A stretch of 64,000 bases of DNA, from contig CBFGJX010000015.1 in assembly GCA_965649225.1 (NCBI GenBank), forward strand, positions 1 to 64,000. Reading direction: 5' to 3'. Source of the stretch: a candidate division WOR-3 bacterium. Its GTDB lineage: Bacteria; Hydrothermota; Tepidihabitantia; Tepidihabitantales; Tepidihabitantaceae. This document shows, one piece after another, positions 48,601 through 56,099 of this stretch (position 1 is its first letter; each line of letters starts with the position of its first letter). The translations under genes and the position numbers were made by a program. The notes under the pieces are model-generated. The model saw only the letters and a program-made list of their open reading frames with translations, had not been told where the DNA came from and did not search any database.

Positions 48601-51600
48601 CCGGCGACGTCGACGCGGCCAATAACCGGATCGGCGACTCGGTTATCGTGCGGGTGCTTGACGCTCAGGCGGTGAGCATTACCGCACCGACCGGCCTGCT
48701 GGATTCCGGCAACGTGGTGACACCGCGGGCCTGGGTGCGCAACCGCGGTTCGACCACGGTCAGTTTCCCGGTAACCTTCCGCATCGGCAGTTTCTACACC
48801 AATACTCAGAATGCGACCAATCTCGCTCCGGGCGATTCGGTTCAGCTGGCTTTTGCCAACTGGAACGTGCTGCAGCGGGGCGTGCATTCAATCCGCTGTA
48901 CCACACAGCTTGGTGGCGATATGGTCGCCGGCAACAACTTTGTCGACGGCGTCGTTACGGTGCGACTGACTGATGTTCAAGCCCGGGCGATTCTGGTGCC
49001 GACCGGCAGTGTTGATTCCGGAGCGGTGGTGACGCCGCAGGCGCGCGTGCGCAACAACGGCACTGCCGCAGCGAGTTTTACCGTCACCATGCGCATCGGC
49101 GGTGCCTACACCAACACTCAAAACGTTGCCAATCTGCCCGCCGGCGACTCGACAGTGGTCAATTTCGCCAACTGGACCGCCAGCCCCCGCGGCACTTTTG
49201 CCACGCGCTGCAGTGTCTATCTCGCCGGTGATGAAAGGCCGGCAAATGATACCGTGTCCGGTTCGGTGACCGTGCTGGTGACCGATGCCGGCGTGGTGCG
49301 GATCGTGGCGCCGGCCGGTACGGTTGACTCCGGGGTTGTGGTCACCCCGCAGGCCTGGGTGCGCAACAACGGTACCCAGCCGGCCAGTTTCCCGGTGATG
49401 ATGCGCATCGGCACCGGCTACACCAACACCCAGAATGTTAGCGGGCTGGCCGCCGGTGACTCGATGCTGGTCAGCTTTGCCGGCTGGACTGCCCGGCCGC
49501 GCGGGACCAGTACTGTACGCTGCAGCCTGTATCTGGCCGGTGATGGTCGGCGGACTAACGACACGCTGTCCGGCAGCGTGACCGTGCGGGTGGTTGATGC
49601 CCAGGCAGTAAGGATCGTTGCACCTACCGGGCTGGTTGATACCGGTGCGGTCATCACCCCGCAGGCCTGGGTGCGCAACAACGGTACCCAGCCGGCCAGT
49701 TTCCCGGTTACAATGCGCATCGGTACCGGCTACACCAATACCCAGAACGTCAATAATCTCGGCGCCGGTGATTCGGTTGCGGTCAACTTTGCCAACTGGA
49801 TTGCCGGGCCGCGCGGTGTGCATTCGGTCCGCTGCAGCACAGCGCTGACCGGTGACCTCAACCCGAACAACAATCTGGCCACCGGTTCGGTGAGTGTCCG
49901 GGCGCTGGATGTCGGGGTGGTGGCGATTGTCGCTCCGGCCGATACGGTCGACTCCGGCACAGTCGTTGCACCGCGGGCCTGGATCAAGAACTTCGGTTCC
50001 GGCACGGTGAGTTTTCCGACAACTTTCCGAATCGGCTCCAGCTACACCAGCACCCAGAACGTCGTCAACCTCGCATCGGGCGACTCGACGCTGGTGACGT
50101 TTGCCAACTGGACCGCGACCCAGCGCGGCAGTCTGGCATTCCGCTGCACTACTGCCCTTGATGGCGATGCCTATCCGTTCAACTCCTATCGTTCCGGGTT
50201 GACATTCGTCCGGGTCCGCGATGTGGTGCTGGCGCGGGTAATCGCACCGGCGGGCACGGTTGATTCCGGGCGGCCGGTGGTGCCGCAGGTGGTTGTGCGC
50301 AATGCCGGCACGCAGCCGGCCGGCTTCCCGGTTACCTGCCGGATTCTGCCCGGCTATACCAGTACACAGAACATCAGCGGCCTCGCTGCCGGCGATTCCG
50401 TGACGGTCAGTTTTCCAGCCTGGACGCCGGCGACCGGCAGCTATGACCTGACCGCTTTCACTGCGCTGGCCGGTGATATCGTGCCGCAGAACGATACTGT
50501 CCGCAGCCAGATTACCGCTTTGCCGCGGCTGGACTACGGTGTTGCGGCAATTGTCGTGCCCCAGGGTGTCTACGATGCCGGGCTGGTGATAACGCCGGCG
50601 GCGCGACTGCGCAACTTTGGCTCGCGGGTTCAGGTTTTTGAGGCCTGGCTGTTGATTTCGGGTCCGGGTGGTGAGCGGAGTTATTCGGCCCGGGTCGATG
50701 TTGCCGGACTTGCCCCCGGCGCCGACAGCGTTGTGCTGTTTGCTCCCTGTACACTCGGTGTCCCGGGCAACTGGCTGGCCAAGTGCAGCACCGCGGTTGC
50801 CGGTGATGCCGACCCGACCAACGACCAGCTCTCGGTGCTGTTCCGGGCTGAGCGCGGCTGGACCGAACTGGAACCGATGCCGGCCGGTGCCAGCGGCCGG
50901 CCATGCAAGGACGGCGCGTGGCTGGCGGCGATGGCCGGTTCGGATCAGGTGTTTGGTTTCAAGGGCTACGGGCAGACCGAGTTTTACGTCTTCACCCCCG
51001 CAGTCGGCAGCTGGGAGACTCTGCCCGTGCTGCCTGATTTCGGTACCTCACGGCCGCCCAAGAAGGGCGCCGACGGCGTTGCCGACGGTCAGCGCTGGGT
51101 TTATGCCCTGCGCGGCAACAGCACGGTCGACTTCTACCGTTACGACGCCAGCAGCCGGAATTGGGAGCGGCTGGCCGACGTGCCGCTGGGCAGTTACGGC
51201 AAGAAGATCAAGGGCGGCAACGACATGGTCTATGTCCAGCTGGGCGACTCGGAGTACGTCTATCTGCTCAAAGGCTACCACAGCGAGTTCTATCGGTACA
51301 ACATCGGCCGGAACGAATGGCAGTCTCTGCCCGAGGCACCCGCCGGTGTCAAGCCGCGCTGGAATATCGGGTCGTGGCTGGTTTATGACGGGGCCGGCAC
51401 GCTTTATGCCCACAAGGCCCGTTACCACGAGCTCTGGACGTTCGACTTGAACACCGGCCAGTGGCAGTCCAGTCCGCGCACTGCCATGCCCACCATCGGC
51501 TCGGCCGGTACCAAGAAGGCCAAGGACGGTTCTGCCGCCGCGTGGTACCGCGACGGGATCGTCGCGTTCAAGGGTGCCAATACCCAGGAGTTCTGGCGTT

Positions 51601-52082
51601 ACATTCCCGCCGAGGACCGCTGGCTGGAGCTTGATACGCTGCCGCGACCGGGCAGCAGCGGCCGGGGCAAGCGGGTCAAGAACGGCGGCTGTCTGACGGC
51701 GCTCGATGGCGCGGTTTACGGATTGAAGGGCAACGGCACGCGCGAGTTCTGGCGTTACCGCGGTACCGTCACGGCAATGGCCGGTCTGGTGCCGCAGCGG
51801 TACGGTTCGGTTCAGGTCAGCGCGGTCACCGGTACTGCGGCAAGGCAGTTGCGGCTGGCGCCCAACCCGACCCGGGGCCGGCTGGTGGCACTGACGCTGG
51901 ATCGCGGCACTGCTGCCCGGGTGAGAATCTGGGATCCGGCCGGCCGGCTGGCGCGGGAGATCAACAGTCCGGACGGCGGCCGGTTGCTCGTTGACCTGCG
52001 CGGGCTGGAGGCTGGAGTCTATCTGGTTGAAGTCAGCACCAGCCAGCGGTGCGAAACCGGCAAGCTGGTCCTCGGCCGCTAG
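45657..52082 (+). CDS. M6 (immune inhibitor A-like) metalloprotease with 10 CARDB-like repeats, Kelch-like propeller and T9SS-like tail
   Basis: AGGAGG then ATG. Signal peptide, HEWGHALGLPDLYD, WSLMSGGSW, tandem ~104-aa Ig units, KG..T.EF(Y/W)RY blades, LRGLEAGVYLV tail. Confidence 0.9.
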   Translation: MRFAVLRLWLIFFCLGGLAAAMPPVAGLDIDYAEWAAERARLGIDLGDNPVRDRGRAGIKNFPGDVTILISGTKRFIAVPIQFPDQGLTYSSASFQQMLFGTWSPTPSARDYFWEQSYGQFNMTGTVTGWYTAANNRAYYGNNNGAQRAAMLAKEAAQLADASVNYATYDNDGDGYVDVFTCIHSGYGMEESGNGADIWSHSWSFTGAGIGAYTTNDPDPVNGGFIRIDKYVIDPERSNYSNNGTMVCIGVFCHEWGHALGLPDLYDTQGSGEGVGNWSLMSGGSWGTNGSSPWYPSSMTAWEKMELGWLNPRAVRSRSRQTLTAVESLPEALWLISRNRTFREYWLAENRYKMRTDTNMYSSGLHIWHIDDSIIRARRTSNRVNSNDGGWRYGVAMEQADGLDELYAGTDRGDANDPWPGGLGRTVFDSTTTPNSRTNGGGVQMSGVWVKNISAAGRTMTCSTSSGVTGAFTGGPDGFGYTWIDSDTAGGPTYSWYDIRNTGLLLGVGDDARWNLNLPFSFQFYGTSYNNCWVCTNGWLSFGADPGTNASANTSLPNAAAPNRAVYAYWENLNLVASDSGGVYWQAFGSAPNRYVVISWLDARVVGSPAWGGYYNTVSFQVVLHENGRLVVQYRDAACSDTTLNWGRSATVGVENENGTIGLQYLYNGAPVGNLINNIRAVSFGTNIDVGTVAILTPTGTVDSGTVIAPQARVQNFSTSTLSFPVTMRIGTGYTNTQNVNNLGPGGSTVVTFSNWTAGPRGTLAVRCSTGLTGDNNRANDTLSGSVTVRVIDAQTVSVDQPPALVDSGQTVPVSALVRNNGTQAASFTALATISGTPYSSSRNVVNLAPGDTVRLNFDNWNAIERGAHTVACSTQLAGDLVAANNRATRSVTVRVLDAQAVRITAPTGTVDSGSTVTPRAWVRNRGSVTVTFSATLRIGGAYSNTQNATNLAPGDSVQLAFANWTATQRGTFATICTVALAGDVDAANNRIGDSVIVRVLDAQAVSITAPTGLLDSGNVVTPRAWVRNRGSTTVSFPVTFRIGSFYTNTQNATNLAPGDSVQLAFANWNVLQRGVHSIRCTTQLGGDMVAGNNFVDGVVTVRLTDVQARAILVPTGSVDSGAVVTPQARVRNNGTAAASFTVTMRIGGAYTNTQNVANLPAGDSTVVNFANWTASPRGTFATRCSVYLAGDERPANDTVSGSVTVLVTDAGVVRIVAPAGTVDSGVVVTPQAWVRNNGTQPASFPVMMRIGTGYTNTQNVSGLAAGDSMLVSFAGWTARPRGTSTVRCSLYLAGDGRRTNDTLSGSVTVRVVDAQAVRIVAPTGLVDTGAVITPQAWVRNNGTQPASFPVTMRIGTGYTNTQNVNNLGAGDSVAVNFANWIAGPRGVHSVRCSTALTGDLNPNNNLATGSVSVRALDVGVVAIVAPADTVDSGTVVAPRAWIKNFGSGTVSFPTTFRIGSSYTSTQNVVNLASGDSTLVTFANWTATQRGSLAFRCTTALDGDAYPFNSYRSGLTFVRVRDVVLARVIAPAGTVDSGRPVVPQVVVRNAGTQPAGFPVTCRILPGYTSTQNISGLAAGDSVTVSFPAWTPATGSYDLTAFTALAGDIVPQNDTVRSQITALPRLDYGVAAIVVPQGVYDAGLVITPAARLRNFGSRVQVFEAWLLISGPGGERSYSARVDVAGLAPGADSVVLFAPCTLGVPGNWLAKCSTAVAGDADPTNDQLSVLFRAERGWTELEPMPAGASGRPCKDGAWLAAMAGSDQVFGFKGYGQTEFYVFTPAVGSWETLPVLPDFGTSRPPKKGADGVADGQRWVYALRGNSTVDFYRYDASSRNWERLADVPLGSYGKKIKGGNDMVYVQLGDSEYVYLLKGYHSEFYRYNIGRNEWQSLPEAPAGVKPRWNIGSWLVYDGAGTLYAHKARYHELWTFDLNTGQWQSSPRTAMPTIGSAGTKKAKDGSAAAWYRDGIVAFKGANTQEFWRYIPAEDRWLELDTLPRPGSSGRGKRVKNGGCLTALDGAVYGLKGNGTREFWRYRGTVTAMAGLVPQRYGSVQVSAVTGTAARQLRLAPNPTRGRLVALTLDRGTAARVRIWDPAGRLAREINSPDGGRLLVDLRGLEAGVYLVEVSTSQRCETGKLVLGR
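47721..50850 (+). repeat. Intragenic tandem array of 10 CARDB-like repeats (~312 bp period)
   Basis: Recurring D...I.AP.G.VDSG..V.P.A.VRN.G....F...RIG..YT.TQNV..L..GDS..V.F.NW...RG....C...L.GD...N unit. Confidence 0.9.
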
Positions 52083-52098
52083 GGGCAGCAGCAGCATT

Positions 52099-52126
52099 GG
52101 GCGGGGCGGCGGGTGCCGCCCCGCTC
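52099..52126 (+). terminator. GC-rich hairpin terminator after the M6 gene
   Basis: GCGGGGCGGC-GGGT-GCCGCCCCGC followed by TCTGTT. Confidence 0.6.
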
Positions 52127-52162
52127 TGTTGACCGCAGCGGCAACCGCCGGTAACTTTGGCG

Positions 52163-52750
52163 GTGCGTGAGTCAGCCGGCCCGGTGCGATGTCAGTGGTG
52201 TCTGAGCAGTCAGTTGCTGATGACCTATCATGACACCGAATGGGGTGTGCCGGTACACGACGACCGGCGGCACTTCGAGTTTCTTGTGCTCGATGCATTT
52301 CAGGCCGGCCTGAGCTGGGCAATCGTTTTGAAAAAGCGGGAAGCGTTCCGAAAGGCTTTCGCCGGATTCGACCCGGCCCGGGTTGCACGGTTCAGCGACG
52401 CGCGGCTGGAAAAACTGCTGACCGACGACAGCATCATCCGCAACCGGCTGAAGGTCTTTGCCGCGCGCGCCAACGCCCGGGCGTTCGTCGCGGTCCAGCG
52501 CGAGTTCGGTTCCTTCGACCGCTACATCTGGCGGTTCGTCGGGGGCAGGCCCCGGGTCAACCGCTGGCGCAGTCCCGGCCAGATACCGGCAAGTACCGCG
52601 CAGTCCGACGCGATGAGCGCGGACCTCAAACGCCGCGGGTTTCGCTTCGTCGGCTCGACCATCTGCTACGCCTACATGCAGGCGGCCGGGATGGTCAACG
52701 ACCATCTGACCGGATGTTTTCGCTACGCCGCGCTGGCCGGTGGCAGTTGA
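52163..52750 (+). CDS. tag: DNA-3-methyladenine glycosylase I
   Basis: RCQW, YHDTEWG, FQAGLSW, IIRNRLK, FVGSTICYAYMQAAGMVNDH motifs. Start uncertain (52157 or 52163). Confidence 0.95.
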   Translation: MRESAGPVRCQWCLSSQLLMTYHDTEWGVPVHDDRRHFEFLVLDAFQAGLSWAIVLKKREAFRKAFAGFDPARVARFSDARLEKLLTDDSIIRNRLKVFAARANARAFVAVQREFGSFDRYIWRFVGGRPRVNRWRSPGQIPASTAQSDAMSADLKRRGFRFVGSTICYAYMQAAGMVNDHLTGCFRYAALAGGS

Positions 52751-52760
52751 GGTTTGGACG

Positions 52761-53603
52761 ATGACGCCCGCCGAGTTGTGGATTTCCTCGAGCCGCTCGA
52801 TGAGCTACAACGCCGGCGTGCTGCTGGTCGCAGGGCGGGCATGGCTGGTGGACCCCGGCATTTTCCCCGAGGAAATTGACGCGGTGAAGCGGTTTTGCTC
52901 GGGGCGGCGGTTGCCGATTGCCGGCGTGATCATCACTCACTACCACTGGGACCACATTCTTGGACCGGAGCGGCTGCCGGGAATACCGGTCTTTGCCCAC
53001 GAGCAGGCGCTGGCCGTCATCGAGAAATACGGCGCTGACATCGCCCGGCAGGTCAACCGCTGGCTGGCCGAGGCCGATATCCGGCACGATGGCGGTTTTG
53101 TCGTGCCTCATCCCGACCGGACCTTGACCGGTCGTCAGAATCTGGAAGGAATCACCCTGATTTCCGCTCCCGGCCATGCCCCGGAGGCGCTGGTCGTTTA
53201 TCAGCCCGATGCCGGGATTCTGTGGGCGGGCGACATGCTGTCTGATATTGAAGTGCCGTTCGTGATGGACAGTCTTTCGGCATACATTGCAACCCTGAAT
53301 GAGCTGGAAGAGCTGGAAATCCGGGTGCTGGTGCCGGGTCACGGCCGCGCAACCAGAGACCAGCACGAGGCGGTGCGCCGGCTGGACAATGACCTGCAGT
53401 ACCTGCTGGAGCTGGCCGAGCGCGTCGGCCGGGCGGTGGAGGCAGGGGCGAGCTTCGAGGAAACGCTGCAGCTCTGCGCCGACATGAAGTATCCGTACCC
53501 GGAGTTCAACCATGGCCCGCACCGGTTGAATGTCGGCACGGCATTCCTCGAACTCGGCGGCGACGCCGGCGGGCAGCAGGTCGGATGGAGCCGGTTTGAT
53601 TGA
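52761..53603 (+). CDS. MBL-fold metallo-hydrolase
   Basis: THYHWDH, PGH, WAGD and VPGHG motifs. Confidence 0.88.
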   Translation: MTPAELWISSSRSMSYNAGVLLVAGRAWLVDPGIFPEEIDAVKRFCSGRRLPIAGVIITHYHWDHILGPERLPGIPVFAHEQALAVIEKYGADIARQVNRWLAEADIRHDGGFVVPHPDRTLTGRQNLEGITLISAPGHAPEALVVYQPDAGILWAGDMLSDIEVPFVMDSLSAYIATLNELEELEIRVLVPGHGRATRDQHEAVRRLDNDLQYLLELAERVGRAVEAGASFEETLQLCADMKYPYPEFNHGPHRLNVGTAFLELGGDAGGQQVGWSRFD

Positions 53604-53624
53604 GGCGACAGCCGGGAGGCTGAG

Positions 53625-54314
53625 TTGAGGCTCCTGGGGACGCTGGTGAATGTGGCGACGGTGATTGCCGGCAGTGTGGTCGGGTTGCTGTTCAAGGCGA
53701 AGCTGCCGCCGCGGCTCGGAGCGATTGCGTTTCAGGGCATCGGGCTGTTCACGCTGTTTCTGGGCTTCACCATGGCCGCAAAGACGAAAAATCTGCTAGT
53801 GCTGATTTTCGCTATCGTGCTCGGAGCAATTACCGGCGAGCTGGCCGACATCGAGCGTCACCTGACCCGGCTCGGCGACTGGCTCAAGCGCCGGCTCAGG
53901 CTGGGTGGCGAGCGGTTTGCCGAAGGGATGGTGGCGGCGTTTCTGTTGTTCTGCATGGGTTCGATGACCGTACTCGGGGCAATCGAAGAGGGACTGGGCG
54001 GCAGACCGAACCTGCTGGTGGCCAAGTCGGTGCTGGACGGGTTCGCGTCAATCGCGCTGGCGGCAACGCTCGGCGTCGGGGTCGCATTTTCGGTGCTTCC
54101 GCTGCTGGTGTATCAGGGCGGGCTGACGATTCTGGCCGCGACGCTGGGCGGGGCGTTGTCCGAGACGGTCGTCAACGAGATGTCGGCGGCGGGCGGGCTG
54201 CTGCTCGTCGGGCTCGGCATCAACATACTGGAAATCAAGAAACTCAGGGTGCTGAACATGCTGCCGGCACTGGTGTATGCCGCGCTGCTGGCCGCGTTGT
54301 TTGTCCGCGGCTGA
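53625..54314 (+). CDS. DUF554 family membrane protein
   Basis: GTLVN...GS..G, LLFCMGSMTVLG, KSVLDG, YQGGLT and NMLPAL motifs. Confidence 0.88.
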   Translation: MRLLGTLVNVATVIAGSVVGLLFKAKLPPRLGAIAFQGIGLFTLFLGFTMAAKTKNLLVLIFAIVLGAITGELADIERHLTRLGDWLKRRLRLGGERFAEGMVAAFLLFCMGSMTVLGAIEEGLGGRPNLLVAKSVLDGFASIALAATLGVGVAFSVLPLLVYQGGLTILAATLGGALSETVVNEMSAAGGLLLVGLGINILEIKKLRVLNMLPALVYAALLAALFVRG

Positions 54315-54354
54315 CCAGGGCCGACGGCCGGCAGCGGCCCGGTCGGGAGGCGAA

Positions 54355-56055
54355 TTGAAACGATTGACAGCCGTTCTGATTGCGCTTGCAGCGTTCGCTG
54401 ATGCCAAGCCGGTCCGGTTTGCAATTATCGGTGACCGGACCGGTGATGCCCAGGCTGGCGTTTACGAGCAGATTGTTGCTCAGGTTGCCCAATGGCAGCC
54501 GGAACTGGTTCTGACGGTGGGAGACCAGATTGAAGGGCCGGTTGACGACAGCGGCGAAATCGCCCGGCGCTGGCAGGAATACCAGACAGTTGTCGCCGGA
54601 CTGCCGGCCCCACTGCGACTGGTTGCCGGCAACAACGATATCGCCAACCCAGTCATGCGCCGCAGTTACGAACAACTCTGGGGCCGGCCCTGGTATTCGT
54701 TTGAGCACCGGGGCGTCCGCTTCATCGTTCTGGACAACGCCGAAGCCGACAGCTGCGCCGCGATGGGCGCGGCGCAACTGGCGTGGCTGGCAGCCGCGCT
54801 GGACAGCTTCCGCGCGGCGCGCTGGACAGTGGTTCTGATGCACCGGCCGTTCTGGGCCGAGGGTGTGCTGCGTGGCCGGCCCGACACGCTGCATGCGCTG
54901 TTCCGCCGCTATGGCGTGGACGCGGTGTTCACTGGCCATTACCACGAGTACTTTGCCGGGACGATCGATGGCATCAGGTACACCTCGGTCGGCTCATCGG
55001 GCGGCCGGGCCGAGCCGGGTCCGACCGGAATGGGATTTCACTGGCTGCAGGTGGTAGTGGACCGCCGGGGCATCACGATTACGCCGGTAACGCTTGACGG
55101 TTCTCGCCGCAAGTGGCAGGAGGTAAGCCTTGCCGAGAAGCTCGCGCTTGACCGTGCCCGGGCCGAGGGATTGCGCTTTGCCGGGCCGCTGGACATCGTC
55201 GAAGGCGAGGCCGGCACTGTGGTCGTGCCGCTAATGTTGACCAATTTCGGCTTCGGGCCGGTAAGCGATTCGCTTGGGTGGCAAGTGCCGGACGGCTGGT
55301 CGGTGACTGCGCCGGGCCGGCTGGAATTCGCGGACGGCGACGGCGCAGTCGTGGACGTGGTGCTGGCACGCTCAGCAGACGTCGTCTTTCCGGTGCCGGT
55401 GGCGAGCGCGCGGGTCGCTTACGCGCCGGGTAAGGGCGTGACGGTATCGGCGCCGCTGCGCGTGCGGCGCACGGCGCGGGCAGTGCGGGGCCGGCCTGAC
55501 ATTGACGGCGAGCTGCGTGAGAAACTGTGGCGCAACCCGGCGACCCGGCTGTTTCGGCCAGACGGTAAGCCGACGCGGGCCGAGTCCACCGCGTTTCTAT
55601 TTGCCTGGGACGACGACAACATTTACCTTGCGGCCTTCTGTCGCGAGAGCCGACCCGAGAGCCTGCGCATGACGGCAACCGGCCGGGACGGGCCGGTGTA
55701 CGGAGACGATTGTGTCGGCTGGTTTCTGCAGCCCGACCCCTTGACGCTCCGGGTGTACCAGTTCTATGTCAACCCGGCCGGTGCGGTGTTCGACCAGGCG
55801 ATAACAATATCGGATGAAGGCACGGTTAGCGCCGACATTGCCTGGAATGCCGAGTGCGAGCTGAAGACCGCGCGGGGCAGGGACTGGTGGTCGGTTGAGG
55901 TGCGGCTGCCCCTGGCGCAGTTCGGGGTGAAGGCCGGTGCGGGACAGACCTGGGGTGCGAACTTCCGGCGCAAGCAGCCGCGGCTGGGCACGGCGGACTG
56001 GCATTTGCCGATATCCTATGATCCCGACACTTTCGGTCGGCTGCTGATGGAATAG
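54355..56055 (+). CDS. Exported calcineurin-like metallophosphoesterase fused to a CBM9-like sugar-binding domain
   Basis: GGAGG then TTG. IGD, VGD, GNND, MH and TGHYH motifs; C-terminal PDIDGEL.E..W, WDDDNIYLA, WSVEVRLP. Confidence 0.8.
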   Translation: MKRLTAVLIALAAFADAKPVRFAIIGDRTGDAQAGVYEQIVAQVAQWQPELVLTVGDQIEGPVDDSGEIARRWQEYQTVVAGLPAPLRLVAGNNDIANPVMRRSYEQLWGRPWYSFEHRGVRFIVLDNAEADSCAAMGAAQLAWLAAALDSFRAARWTVVLMHRPFWAEGVLRGRPDTLHALFRRYGVDAVFTGHYHEYFAGTIDGIRYTSVGSSGGRAEPGPTGMGFHWLQVVVDRRGITITPVTLDGSRRKWQEVSLAEKLALDRARAEGLRFAGPLDIVEGEAGTVVVPLMLTNFGFGPVSDSLGWQVPDGWSVTAPGRLEFADGDGAVVDVVLARSADVVFPVPVASARVAYAPGKGVTVSAPLRVRRTARAVRGRPDIDGELREKLWRNPATRLFRPDGKPTRAESTAFLFAWDDDNIYLAAFCRESRPESLRMTATGRDGPVYGDDCVGWFLQPDPLTLRVYQFYVNPAGAVFDQAITISDEGTVSADIAWNAECELKTARGRDWWSVEVRLPLAQFGVKAGAGQTWGANFRRKQPRLGTADWHLPISYDPDTFGRLLME

Positions 56056-56099
56056 GCCGGTTCTTTTGACCGTGCCGGTTCGGGCCGCTATGCTGGGTC

